A stretch of DNA of 64,000 bases from Octopus sinensis (taxonomy: Eukaryota), in the NCBI RefSeq assembly GCF_006345805.1, contig NC_042997.1, positions 185,070,001 through 185,134,000 of the forward strand, written 5' to 3'. The position numbers and the translations under genes were made by a program. Below the pieces are notes generated by a model. The model was not told the DNA's origin, did no database searches, and saw only the letters and a list, made by a program, of their open reading frames with translations. Shown here piece after piece: positions 13,147 through 28,177 of this stretch (position 1 is the stretch's first letter; each line of letters starts with the position of its first letter).

Positions 13147-14769
13147 TATATGAATATTATAGAGGGCATTACTAAACATAAATGCCACACGTAGGAGAGA
13201 CTCTTAAAGTCAAAATTCCTATATATTACCTGAAATATCAACAGCTTTTCATTGAGGGCAATGGAATAAATTATGTGTTGAAGAGAAATTGATGCATGTT
13301 CTCAATGTTATTAACACTATCCGAACTTCCAAAGGAGACATCACAAAGATAGTTGAGATTTTAATTGTTGGGAATTTTAATTCATTATGTGCGCCGAGTT
13401 TAAAAGCTTTTCCTCCAATCTTGTTAATTAATTATTTGTCATTCTCAGACAGCTTTGAGAGCTCCGGTGAATTTGTTATGTTAGATATACTTCAAAGTTA
13501 ACCGCTGACGTTCACGTATAAGATTTGTAACCTGTTCGCAGGTTGCAAGAATACATTAAATGAAGTTTGTTATTGTAATTTTTTACCTAGGAACGTTTCA
13601 TTTACTCTTTAATGTGTCGAAGGGTGGTATCTTTTTCCGTGACAGTTTAATGTAAGCTGTTACACATTCCACTACAGACGTTCTTATTGAATCATTGTCA
13701 GTTGTAGTTTCCTTTAATCTCCAGATATACTGTGAAAGTGAAGCGGATAATTTTTATCTCTTTAGTAATGGAGGTGGTTTTCTCCCGATCTCACACTTAA
13801 ACATTGACACACATGTGCCCACAAAAACACAGACAGATACACACACACACATGCATGTATTTACATACAGATGCACATAGATACAAACACACGCACACAT
13901 ACATTATAGATATGTATATACGCATATATAGATATATGTGTGTGCGCGTGTGTGGTGTGCGTGCGCATGCGTGTGAGTGTGTGTGCGTGTTTGTGTGTTA
14001 GTGTGTGTGCGTTTGTGTGTGAGTGGTTGTATTTGATTTGTGTAACACACATACACATATAAGTATATATATGTTTGTATGTATATACATATACATATAT
14101 ATATACATACATACATACATATATATACATATATATATATATTATATATATATATATATATATAGTATACTACATATATGTACTATTTATGTTTATACGT
14201 GCGCACGTATATGATGCCTAAGCAAATGGATGTTGTTTTATAAATATATATACATACACACAGTTAATGTAGAAGAACAGAATAAAACCAAAATATATAT
14301 GAGATCTATTTACATTCATTCTTAATACCATCTCTCGTGTTACATGGAAGGCAATCCTGGCGATCCATAGCCTCTTGTTGGTTGACAATGTCAGCTGGAA
14401 TTCATTACAATGTAAAGCTAATAATATGTCTACATGTAGGAATCTGGTTTGATCCTATGACGAAACAAAACTAAAATACAATAAGTAAGGGGGGCGAGGG
14501 GGGGGGTAAAAGGAAACATCAGCCAAATAACAAATATGAACAATCAAGGGTGTAAAGCAAAAAGAGAATAATCAAAATAAGAGTAAAAAAAAGAGAAAAA
14601 AACAATTGAACGCCTTTTAGAGAAGCGAGAGTCCGACAAGTGTCTTGTGTACACATTTTCTTCGGGAGCTGTTTGTTTAACGCCTGTTATGATATGTGGT
14701 CTAACTTTTTGCAAAGCAACAGGCATAAGCTGGATATGATTAACATAAAAAAAACAAAACACTGGATGT

Positions 14770-15070
14770 GTTTTTATATTCTTCTTCTTCTTCTTCTTCT
14801 TCTTCTTCTTCTTCTTCACCTTCTTCTTCTTTTCCTTCTCTTCTTCTCCTTCTTCCCTCCTCTTCTTTTCTTTTCTTCTTTTCTTTTACTTTCTTTCCTT
14901 TCCTCTTCTTTTCTCTTCTTCTTCTTCTTCTTCTTCTTCTTTTTCTTCACCTTCTTCTTTTCCTTCTCTTCTTCTCCTTCTTCCCTCCTCTTCTTTTCTT
15001 TTACTTTCTTTCCTTTCCTCTTTTTTTCTCTTCTTCTTCTTCTTCTTTTTCTTCTTCTTCTTCTTCTTCA
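14770..15070. repeat. CTT-rich low-complexity tract with an internal duplication of about 135 bp
   Basis: caccttcttcttctttccttctcttcttctccttcttccctcctc occurs twice; source of the 256-aa ORF artefact. Confidence 0.8.
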
Positions 15071-15254
15071 CACCCTCCTCCTGTTCTTCTCGCTACTACA
15101 CCTCCTTCCCTTCCGGTTTTCCACATTCCTCCCCTTTCCCCTTCCTCCTCATCCTCCCTTCCTACGTTCTCCTTCCAATTGCTTACCAGATTTACATATA
15201 TACGTAACCCGCGCATATAGAAATATGTATACACACATTCATATAATACAAATG

Positions 15255-15353
<99 letters not shown>

Positions 15354-15568
15354 TTATCTATACATCTATCTGTCTATCTTCATATCTATCTATCTAAAAA
15401 TATCCATTGAGTATTTCTCAAATACACCATTACATTTTAGAAAAAATTATCGTTATATAGTTATATCAAATGCAGAATTTCTTGAGTGCTGTGGTTAAAG
15501 AGATTTACTCCTTAAAAGAGAGTAACTGAAAATCTTTGCAATCTTGATTTTGCATTAATAAAAACTGT

Positions 15569-15771
15569 GGTGAGCTGGCAGAATCGTTAGCCTGCTGGAC
15601 GAAATGCTTAGCAGTATTTCGACCGTCGTTACATTCTGAGTTCAGATTCCATTGAGGTCGATCTTTGCCTTTCATCCTAAATTAAGTACGAGTGAAACAC
15701 TGTGGTCGATGTAATCGACTCGTCGCCTCTCACCAAATTTCAGGTGTTGTGCCTATAGTACAAAGGATTAT
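15569..15771 (+). mobile_element. SINE-B with alternative tail 2
   Basis: Same head and core as SINE-B but ends aaatttcaggtgttgtgcctatagtacaaaggattat. Confidence 0.8.
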
Positions 15772-15909
15772 ATTTGATAAAAGAATATATAATGAAATGT
15801 ATTTCGAATAGTATTCGAAATATGATGTCTGTATATGCTAATCTGATTTCGTCTACCCTAATATTTATGTTCATAAAATAAAACACTATATCTAGCTATC
15901 CGCATGCTT

Positions 15910-15953
<44 letters not shown>

Positions 15954-16088
15954 GTCAATCAATCAATCAATCAATCAATCATCAACCAGCAATCATCAAT
16001 CATCAATCAATCGATCGATCAACCAATCAATTAGTCACTGTATGTATGTAATACATGTATGTAATGTATGTATGTATGTATCTATTTA

Positions 16089-16119
<31 letters not shown>

Positions 16120-16504
16120 CTATCTACCTAAAGCATATCTGAAGCATAAAGTCAGGAGGTATGAGAGGTGTTTTTATATTCATTTTACCACGTGACTTCC
16201 ACAGGATTACGGTATTAATTATACATACATGTTTGAAATGATACGTATGCTAAGAGTTATACAATGCATTTGTACTTACACGAATCAATGCAAATACGGA
16301 AAGCTAGCTCATCAGATCAATGGAATATTATGGTTATACTTCCACACGTTATATTTTAATATAAACCTCACGAAATAATTTCAGCATTTGGATTGTCTGG
16401 ATTTTCAGTTACAGAGACATTCTACATTACTCGTTTTGTAATTAATTATTCTGTGGACTATTAGTGGAGTCCATAAGAGGAGCCATATATGGTAATTGTA
16501 CGAT

Positions 16505-17150
16505 TTTTTATCCACATCTTGTAATACACATCTCTCTCTCTCTCTCTCTCTCTGTCTATCTGTGTGACTGTCTGTCTGTCAGCCTGTCTATATTTTTGTC
16601 TATCTGTCTCTGTCTACTTTCCTAAGTGCCTTCCTACCTACCTACCTACCTACCTACCTACCTACCTACCTACCTACCTACCTACCTACCTATCTACCTA
16701 CCTACCTACCTACCTACCTACCTGCCTACCTACCTACATACATACATACATACATACATACATACTTACCTACCTACCTACCTACCTACCTACCTGCCTA
16801 CCTACCTACATACATACATACATACATACATACTTACCTACCTAACTACCTAACTAACTACCTACCTACCTACCAACCGACCTACCTGCTTGCCTGCCTG
16901 TCTGACTGCTTGTCTGACTGCCTGTCTGTCTTTCTGTCTGTACGCTTCGTCTCTGTCTGTCTGTCCGTTTGTCTGGATGCCTGCCTACCTACATGCCTAC
17001 CAACCTACCTGCCTACCTACCTACCTACCTACCTACCTACCTACCAACCTACCTGCCTACCTACCTACCTACCTACCTACCTATCTATCTATCTATCTAT
17101 CTATCTATATATCTATCTATCTCTCTATCTATCTATTTATCTAGCTAGCT
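16505..17150. repeat. Compound (ACCT)n/(ACAT)n/(ATCT)n microsatellite
   Basis: Direct reading. Confidence 0.9.
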
Positions 17151-17426
17151 ATCTTAGGGTGTCATATGAAGATGTTCCTTCAATTTTATGTGTGTACCCG
17201 TGTGTATATGTGTGTGTGCGTGTGTGCGTGAGTGTGTATGTGTGAGTGCGCGTATTTTTTTATATGTGTATATATATATGTACACATGTACACATACACA
17301 ACCACATACCCATCCATACATAGTTACATTGCGGTTTTTCGGACGCTGAAATTATGTGTGATTTACGTGACATCTTTATAGATAGAGTAATTAAAAGCAA
17401 GCACTTCGGTGGGCGTGTGTGTGTAT

Positions 17427-17480
<54 letters not shown>

Positions 17481-18122
17481 TTGTGAACGGTCATGTAAAT
17501 AGTTGCATGATAACTAATGATATACAACAGAGTGACAAAATAACATAAGGAAAAAAAAGAGAACAAAGAGTTGTTTGCCCGGAAGTCCTGTTGCTAGATT
17601 CTTTTAACGTTTATTCGAATTGAAAAACTAGAATCGTCCGTCCTATTATTTCGCTTCATTTTCTGATTGTGTGTGCTGTATTTCCTCCTATTAATGTTGC
17701 CACTCTTATTATCATTTTGCTCCGTCGCCTCGGGTTTGTTTATTCTACTTACTCTACTCTATCGCATATATACGTGTGCTCTTGCGGGTATGTGAGAGTG
17801 TGCGTCTCCGCCTGAATATGTTCAAAGCCAATGTGTGGCTAAATCTCACCCCCCCCCACTCTCATTAACTGTTCATAGATCATCTCTAAACGCCTTACTA
17901 CTTCTTTACAGTTTCATACACCCTGTTCTGACCAATCAGTAATTTTAAAGGGAATTTGCATAGCTGGAATATATTTGGACACATATCCCATTCAACTTTG
18001 AAGTTTCCCCTGAGAATACCGAGGAATGGCGGCGATTGTATTACGTATTCTGGTCAATTGCCTTGAGTAATAATGATAATCGTTTACTGAAACACGTGTA
18101 TGTTTTATGTTTTTACTTATTA

Positions 18123-18185
<63 letters not shown>

Positions 18186-18244
18186 GGTCCCGGGTTGATT
18201 CGGGGTTACCACAGTAAATAAGGTACTCAATACATAGCAGAGTA

Positions 18245-18295
18245 AGCTTCCTGAAGATTTCTCTTGAATGAAACAGTTCTAGTCCTGTAGAAGCT
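18245..18295 (+). ncRNA. Type I hammerhead ribozyme motif in a short (TA)n-embedded repeat (18182-18300)
   Basis: Stem I AGCUUC/GAAGCU (6 bp), core CUGAAGA 18251-18257, weak stem II UUC/GAA, GAAA, stem III ACAG/CUGU, GUA with cut after 18289. Confidence 0.7.
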
Positions 18296-18315
18296 CCTTC
18301 TATATAATAAATATA

Positions 18316-18352
<37 letters not shown>

Positions 18353-18354
<2 letters not shown>

Positions 18355-18752
18355 CGCAGGAGTGGCTGTGTGGTAAGTAGCTTGCTAACCAACCACATGG
18401 TTCTGGGTTCAGTCCCACTGCGTGGCACCTTGGGCAAGTGTCTTCTACTATAGCCTTGGGCGGATAATGTCTTGTCAAGTGATGGTAGACGGAAACTGAA
18501 AGAAGCCTGTTCGCGTAGTATATATAATGTATATGTATGTGTGTGTGTATGTGTTTGTTGTGTCTGTGTTGTCTCCCTAGCATTGGTTGACAACCGATGT
18601 GCTAGTGTGTTTACGTCCCCGTCACTTAGCGGTTCGGCAAAAGAGACCGATAGAATAGTACTGGGCTTACAAAGAATAAGCTCCTCGACTAAAGGCGGTG
18701 CTCCAGCATGGCCGCAGTCAAATGACTGAAACAAGTAAAAGAGTAAAGAGTA
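18353..18752 (+). mobile_element. SINE-A, near full length
   Basis: GGCGCAGGAGTGGCTGTGTGG head through CAGTCAAATGACTGAAACAAGTAAAAGAG tail. Confidence 0.9.
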
Positions 18753-19276
18753 ATATATATATATATATATATTATATCTATATATATAAACGAGAAATTC
18801 TCTGTTTGTCTGTTTTTACCACAAAGTGAAACTTAAACCAGACACCATCCCTCTATGATTTTCTTTCTATGTCTCCTCTATTCTCTCTCCCCCTCTTTAT
18901 ACTCTGTCTGTCTACCTGCCTGTTTCTCTGCCATGCTATTTCAAAGAGGTTCTGTCTCTTTGTCCTGCAAAGTTAAACTAAAACCAGACACCTTCTCTCT
19001 ATGATTTTCTTTCTTCTCTATCTGTCTATTTCCTTTTCGTTCGTTCTTTCTTTCTTTCGTTCTTCCTTTCTTCATTTCTTCCTTTCTCTCTTTCTTTCGT
19101 TCTTTCTTTCGTTCTTTCTTTCTTTCTCTCTTTATCTCTCTCTTTCTTTCTTTCTTTCTCTCTTTCTTTCTTTCGTTCTTTCTCTCTTTCTTTCTTTCTT
19201 TCTTTCTCTCTTTCTCTCTCTCTTTCTCTCTCTTTCTTTCTCTCTTTCTCTCTGTTTCTTTCTCTCTTTCTCTCTT

Positions 19277-19308
<32 letters not shown>

Positions 19309-19507
19309 CCTTTCTCTCTTTCTTTCGTTCTTTCTTTCGTTCTTTCTTTCGTTCTTTCTTTCTTTCTCTCTTTCTCTCTCTCTTTCTTTCTTTCTTTCTC
19401 TCTTTCTCTCTCTTTTCTTTCTCTTTCTCTCTCTTTTCTTTATTTCTTTTCTTTCTCTCTCTCTTTCTTATTTCACTTATAATACATAGAACAGATGCAG
19501 AATAGGT

Positions 19508-20008
19508 ACAAATGGTTCAAGGTCATTCTAGTATTAAGTTTGGAACAACAATTGATAAATTATATACTGTACATCCTAACGAAAAGGAATGCTTTGATTT
19601 CAGAATGCATCTTCATGTAAAAAGATGACCAATTTCGTGAGAAATTTTGAAACAAATTGATGGTGAAATTTGCAGAACATATCGAGAAGAGTGTTTCAAG
19701 TTAGGTTTGCTTGCAAAATCAGCAATGGGAAGCTACATTAGAAGAAGCTTCGATATCAAAACACCTAAGACTTTAAGATGTCTTTTGGTACTATTCTCAA
19801 AAATTGTGAAGTACGTAATACTGTTCAACTGTGGAATATGTTCAGAAATAATTTTATTGAAGATTACAAGTACCATCTTCAGTTGAATAATCTGGAGCAA
19901 GACGTTGGTTTCACTGATGCTATATACAATGCGACTTTGATTGAAATAGAAGTTCAACTTATTTCTGTAGGAAGTGAACCTATACAAAATATGTCTCCCA
20001 ATAACTAA
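19508..20008 (+). mobile_element. Helitron Rep-helicase fragment (pseudogenised)
   Basis: KLYTVHPNEKECFDFRMHLHVKR*PIS*EILKQIDGEICRTYREECFKLGLL / QQWEATLEEAS / FGTILKNCEVRNTVQLWNMF matches the Helitron Rep-to-helicase linker (YTVHP..ECF.LR.LL..V.GP.SF..L...G....T.REAC..LGLL..D..W..TLEEA). Confidence 0.85.
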
Positions 20009-20081
20009 TAGACGGGATCATAACACTCTGTCCACTGAAATAATGAGGAAAAAAAAAAATATATATATGTAGATCTATATA

Positions 20082-20156
<75 letters not shown>

Positions 20157-20903
20157 GTATATATGGTTGTGTTGCGTGTGTGTGCGTGTATGGTATGTCT
20201 GTGTATGGATATATATATATATATATATATATAGTATATATATATATATATTCACACACACGAACACACACGTACACACATATATATATATATTAGCAGG
20301 GAACTGCAAATGCAATAGGGAGGAACTATTGCAATGCATGAAATGCATTGCTTTGAAAGGACATACTTGCCAAGTCAGGAGTCGATATTAATAAATCATA
20401 AACAAAAATATCTTAATGAGAATGTATAGAAAAGTATATATTTCTTCAAATATCCTAACCGTCGCCATCAGTACAACAGCCAATAGGAAAGGAAATAGTG
20501 TTAATATATGAGACAAGGAATGCCTTTAATGTTATTGATACTCGAGAATAATTGAGCTGACTTTATTCACATGCAAACTGGATATAACCACAATGTAATG
20601 AAGTGCATATGCGTAATAAAAACAACGTATATATTAGATCGATGTTGTGTTTTACATGAAACCTGCTTAGCACGGCATCCTTCTCAAGTTCTATCTATCT
20701 ATCTACCTATCTATCTATCTATCTATCTTTTTATTTTTTATTCTATTTTTTATTTTTTTATTTTTTTTTGTTCTTTTCTTCCCTTTTACGATCCCTCTTG
20801 ATCGAAAACCTACGCCACCTCTTTTTTTTCATCCCCCAAAAGAAAAGCTCTACCTTGTAACTTGTCCCATCTGTGTGCAGCCCTGTGTGGCCAATAAAGA
20901 AAC

Positions 20904-20975
<72 letters not shown>

Positions 20976-21325
20976 TTATCAATTTATCTATCAATCTATC
21001 TATCTACACACACACACGCACATGTATATATATATGCTTGACCGCTAATTCTACACGTTTTTCTTTTCAGTCTCTCTATTTATTTTCTCCTATTCCTTTC
21101 TGTTCAAGAGCGTAGGCTCGAAACGTAACAGACTTTTTTTATTTTCTCGAGCGTCAAACTCATACACCTGTTGTTGTTCATACACCTGCCGTACTTTTTA
21201 CAATATTTAGTAGATTAAATATTTATTAACTTTTAGAGTAAAAAGTTTGCTCACCTTCGTACACACACACACACACACACACAGACACACACACACACAC
21301 ACACACACACACAACACACAACACA

Positions 21326-21408
<83 letters not shown>

Positions 21409-21409
21409 C

Positions 21410-21583
21410 GTCACTAAAGTGAACAAGGGTATTAATCAGCACCAGTGTAGCTAGAAATAAGAGTCAGAACAACTCAATAGCCAACAAAAGCACTATCTTA
21501 ATGAGATAGTGCTTCGTTGACTATTGAGTTGTTGTTTTCTAGCAATACTAGTGCTGATTAGTACCCCTGTTCATTTTAGTGAC
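21410..21583. repeat. 174-bp palindrome, related to the 9256-9530 element
   Basis: gtcactaaa...tttagtgac; shares cagcac.ag..gctagaaata with the 9.3-kb palindrome. Confidence 0.7.
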
Positions 21584-21687
21584 CTGAATATTTTGACTCT
21601 TAGGTTGTAAAATTGCTAATTAGCCACCGTTATTATACACAGACACACAAAGACACACACAGACACACACACATGCACACACACATG

Positions 21688-21750
<63 letters not shown>

Positions 21751-23133
21751 TATATATATGTAGGAGTCCAAAAGTGTATGTACGCCGCTAGCTATATGTA
21801 TATATAAAAAAGAAAAAAGAAAAAATGGAACAAGAGCGTAACAGGCGACAACAAAACATCGGGACAGTTAGACGATACTAAAAACGACAGGAAAAAACAA
21901 GGACGGGTCATTCGGAGCTTCCTATCCTCAGTCGAGTTCCAGATCGATTTTGCAGTTTCGGACGGTTACACTTGAGACCGCTCTATCGTACACTTCAGCT
22001 GCACCTCTCCTGCCCATGGATTACACTGGACTCCTCTGTTGATGAAATATCGCTCCAATGCACCACGGCGTTCGAAGTTTTCGAATCTTTTGAACACGCA
22101 TGTGCGTGTCTTTGTGTCTGTGTTTGGCCACCGCAACCGCTTGAAAAGTGAGTAAAAATTAACTCTTATTACGCATGCTAGCCACTGGAAAGTAATTATT
22201 TAATAATTTTTACTCTTATATTATCAAGTTAAATATTCAAATTCTTCCGCCAGATGTATATGTTTGTATTTATTCACTGCTATACTATTCTGGTGTCACA
22301 CATAGTTTTGAGGGCATTCTGACGTGAATCCATAACGTATAAGCATCGAATTGAGTGCGTATGTGTTTATGTTTACGGTACGTATTGCAGTTTTATGTTT
22401 ATGCATTTAATTAGCGGCCTTACTGATGAGCTACAGATGATTAAATAGGCAATTAATTATCTTATTAGTTGATTTACTTGGTCAGTAACAGCGAAACTGA
22501 TAATTATAAGGTTTGCTATATTTTATTCACTCGAATGTCTTGCTCTCGTACAAATAAACTTGCTTAAATGTAAGAATATTCTTTCGTGGTTTTAGACTTC
22601 TACTATCATTTTCAGCATTTAAGAAATCCACGTAGTGGCTTTCTCTTTCAGTATGTTTCATACACTATTATTTTTTTTAATATTTATGTCTTCTGGCTCT
22701 TAGTACGCATGTCAGCCTCTGGTGAATAATTATTTGATAATTTTTTGCTTTATATTTATAAAGTTATAAAAAAAATATGTGTGTATGTATGTATATATAT
22801 ACGTAGTATAGCATATTGCATCAGTCGATGTTCTAGTGCAGAGTGTCTTAATGGGAGGAGACGACACCAGTGTTCAAGGACTCCAGCTTCGTTGAATTTT
22901 TTGGGTTGATTGTTTTGTACAGTCTTTCAAGGCCTGTAATGCAGCGTGCCTGTAACTGTAAGCAGTAAGCCAGTCTGCTTACAATAAGGGTTTTCTAGAA
23001 TGCGAACTGTTATAATTATATACATATAATTACAAAGAAAGGAGCAAATATACATATATAAATATTTGTCTCAGGATAATAAATACATAGATATATACAT
23101 ACATACGTATGTATATAAGTATGTATGAACATA

Positions 23134-23178
<45 letters not shown>

Positions 23179-23301
23179 GTATATATGTATATATATATAT
23201 ATATGTGTGCATATATATATATGTATATACATATGTCTATATGTATATATGCATATATGTATGTATATATATTATATATATATATTATATATATATCTAT
23301 A

Positions 23302-23344
<43 letters not shown>

Positions 23345-23558
23345 TATGTATGTATATATTCACATATATCTATGTCTATACGTAATATATATTAATGCAT
23401 ATATATATGTGTGTGTGTATATATATATGTGTATATATATGTGTGAGTATATATATATATATATATATATATGCGGGTGTATGTATGTTTGCTCACGCAT
23501 GCGAACATATACCAATGCAAATTTTTGTATATTTGTTCTTAACTATGTACGCACAGAT

Positions 23559-23596
<38 letters not shown>

Positions 23597-24258
23597 GCGT
23601 GTACGTACGTACGTACGTACGTATGTATGTATGTATGTATGTATGTATGTACGTACGTACGTACGTATGTACGTATGTATGTATGTATGTATGTATGTAT
23701 GTATGTATGTATGTATGTACGTATATATGTATGTGTGTGTGTGTATGTGTATGTATGTATGTATGTATGTATGTATGTATGTATGTATGTATTATGTATG
23801 TAGGAATATAGGTATGCATGTTAGTCTGTAAACAAACACATTAGCGGAATTATGATATTATGTGAAATAAAGCTTTATGTCACTTTTGCTTTTAATTCTG
23901 GACCTGTCAAAATGAATAAGTTGTCAAGCATATAAACGTTCAGATAAAGAGTTTTGTATTGAGCCCCAGAGACAACGGCAAGCTGGGCCCAGCCATCCAT
24001 GTGATATATGCCTGCTTGCGTAAAGATCTATGAGCAATTTCAAATTCTCAGTTTTTTTATCACATAGCAATCGTACGTACACACACTCACGCCCGTACAC
24101 ACGCAGAAGCACGCACGCACACATACATACATAGACACAAACACACATACACACACACAAGATCAAGCACACATCACACATCACACTCACACACACGTTA
24201 AATACAATAATACATATGGAAGTGTATATCATATACATATCTATATATATACATATAT

Positions 24259-24334
24259 AAGTTTATATGAACTTATATATATGTACATTTGTATGTATGT
24301 ATATATTAAGTATGTATGAATGTGTGTATGCATG

Positions 24335-24368
<34 letters not shown>

Positions 24369-24431
24369 GATATGTGTGTGTATATATATATATATATAGT
24401 ATATATATACATATATATAATATATGTGTAT

Positions 24432-24486
<55 letters not shown>

Positions 24487-24719
24487 TATATATACATATA
24501 CATGTATATGTATACATATACATATATATAATATAACTCCATCTGTATGTCTCCCTGTTTATCTCGCCAACTCTTTGGTGACTATTTTCCTTCTCTATGT
24601 ATCTTTTTCTCCCCACCTCTCTCTCTCCCTCTCTCTTTCCCTCTCTCTCTCTCTCCTCCTCTCTCGTCTCTCTTTCTCTCCTTCTCTCACTTTATGTTTC
24701 TGTGTCAATATATATATAT

Positions 24720-24768
<49 letters not shown>

Positions 24769-24900
24769 GGTAAATGTTTTTTAATTTTCTCCTGGTTTAC
24801 GGAATTGATGTTATTTTGCGGTTGAAGCTTTGGCTGTTATTTCTAGTGGGTGAATGGCCTATTATGGCCGTTCCTTGATTGTGATGTTGAACTTATATAT

Positions 24901-24944
<44 letters not shown>

Positions 24945-25292
24945 TGTGTGGGTGTGTGTGTGTGTGTCTATATATACATATTTATATATGTGTGTGTGTA
25001 CATACATGTATATATAGAGAAAACATTTTATCTTTGTAGAAATGTACTTGTATACAGATATTTTGGTGTATTGGTGTGTATATACACTCCTGTCAGACTA
25101 TGACCAAATGCTTTTCAGTAACACCAAAGACTTTATATAGCTTAATGCTTACATTCGGCTATCAAAATTGCTTTGTAGACTTACAAACCAGCACTTACAT
25201 GTATATAGATACACAACACCACACACACACACACACACACATACACACTCACACACATATTTGATCATATATACACATTTAATATTTATATA

Positions 25293-25336
<44 letters not shown>

Positions 25337-25497
25337 TATATTATATATATAATATATATATTATATATATATATACATATAAAGTTTTATGACTTATATA
25401 TATGTACATTTGTATGTATGTATATATTTAAGTATGTATGAATGTGTGTATGCATGTATATATATATAGATTATATATATTATATATTATGTGTGTG

Positions 25498-25529
<32 letters not shown>

Positions 25530-25547
25530 CATATATATATATATGTG

Positions 25548-25579
<32 letters not shown>

Positions 25580-25825
25580 ATATATAATATATACATATAT
25601 ATATATATACATATACATGTATATGTATACATATACCATATATATATATATATAACTCCATCTGTATGTCTCCCTGTTTATCTCGCCAACTCTTTGGTGA
25701 CTATTTTCCTTCTCTATGTATCTTTTTCTCCCCACCTCTCTCTCTCCCTCTCTCTTTCCCTCCTCTCTCTCTCTCCCTCTCTCTCGTCTCTCTTTCTCTC
25801 CTTCTCTCACTTTATGTTTCTGTGT

Positions 25826-25877
<52 letters not shown>

Positions 25878-26000
25878 GGTAAATGTTTTTTAATTTTCTC
25901 CTGGTTTACGGAATTGATGTTATTTTGCGGTTGAAGCTTTGGCTGTTATTTCTAGTGGGTGAATGGCCTATTATGGCCGTTCCTTGATTGTGATGTTGAA

Positions 26001-26056
<56 letters not shown>

Positions 26057-26320
26057 TGTGTGTGTGTGTGTGTGTGTGTCTATATATACATATTTATATA
26101 TGTGTGTGTGTACATACATGTATATATAGAGAAAACATTTTATCTTTGTAGAAATGTACTTGTATACAGATATTTTTGGTGTATTGGTGTGTATATACAC
26201 TCCTGTCAGACTATGACCAAATGCTTTTCAGTAACACCAAGACTTTATATAGCTTAATGCTTACATTCGGCTATCAAAATTGCTTTGTAGACTTACAAAC
26301 CAGCACTTACATGTATATAG

Positions 26321-26356
<36 letters not shown>

Positions 26357-26402
26357 ACTCACACACATATTTGATCATATATACACATTTAATATTTATA
26401 TA

Positions 26403-26464
<62 letters not shown>

Positions 26465-26479
26465 ATATATATATATATC

Positions 26480-26540
<61 letters not shown>
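24259..26540. repeat. Tandem duplication of a unit of about 1.11 kb
   Basis: Unique anchors recur at offsets of 1119, 1109 and 1110 nt (24534/25653, 24764/25873, 25261/26371). Confidence 0.9.
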
Positions 26541-26541
<1 letters not shown>

Positions 26542-27276
26542 GCTTATATTCAGGGATACTTAACCATACGTATATATAGAGAAGCATAGGCGTTTAACCG
26601 CATGTATAAAGACATCATCGAAATACACAGTACCACCCACTATATACATAAAGAACTGCTCGCATATACAAATGCAGTTTATGTAAGTAGGTTCTTGGAT
26701 AGCAGACACATTTCAAGTCTTGTGTTTCCTTTGAAGAGATTATGGATGCTTTGACTACCGTGACAGGAAATAAAGTTAAAGAAAAATCAACAACAACAGT
26801 AACACAAAGTATCGTCGAAAGATGTCGGTTGGGATAAATTTGTGTAGACGTTTGTTCGATGAATGACAAATTTTAGAAATACGCCCGGTTTCTGGGAAAA
26901 GAAAAAGAAGAGAAAGAATTATATGAATAGAGAAATATAGAAATATTGGTAGAAAAGAAGTAAAGTGTAAAAGAGAAAGTATAAATGCGGGGACTTTAAG
27001 AAATGTAGAATATCAATAAAAGGGATTTGTAAAGAGAGAAAATATCTTTTTGGAGAATATGCAGAAAATATGCAGATAAGAAAGGGTAGCAGTCATTTTG
27101 AGCCGACAAAAATGGCGGGGAAAATAATTTTATAAAAAGAAGTAAACGAACATACGAATACAGTATATAAAAATATGATATGTGAACAAAATAGATACGT
27201 AAATAAATGTTAATGTTTACGTTAACTTTGGTCTATGAGCTTATTGATTCTCCAGTTATCTAATGTTGCTGCGAAC

Positions 27277-27310
<34 letters not shown>

Positions 27311-27670
27311 GCGACGACTGTGACATGACGACTATGACGAGATGGGAAGTTATGATGGCTGTGGTGATGGCGGTTTATTGATTTCTTCTTATACGGGCGC
27401 AAAGCAACACAGAAAGATATATCCAATCATCTCGACTCCAATACTTCAGTGGTATTTATTCTGTCTCCTTTCCTAAGGTTGAAAGGCAAAATAGAACGTC
27501 TTTGGATTCGAACTCAGAACGTAAAGGGACATATAATGATCGCGTATTAATAATAAACATACTGCTAATGCTATTAGTCAATGCAAAAGTTGTACGAGAG
27601 TTCAGACCATGTGCTCAAGATAACCAGGCAGCTCATGTCAATTTAAAGACAGAAAATGTTTTAAAATTGC

Positions 27671-28177
<507 letters not shown>

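Noticed and set aside
16295-16318. CUGAUGAGCUAGC on the minus strand
   Set aside because: Followed by UUUCC instead of GAAA; no stem III.
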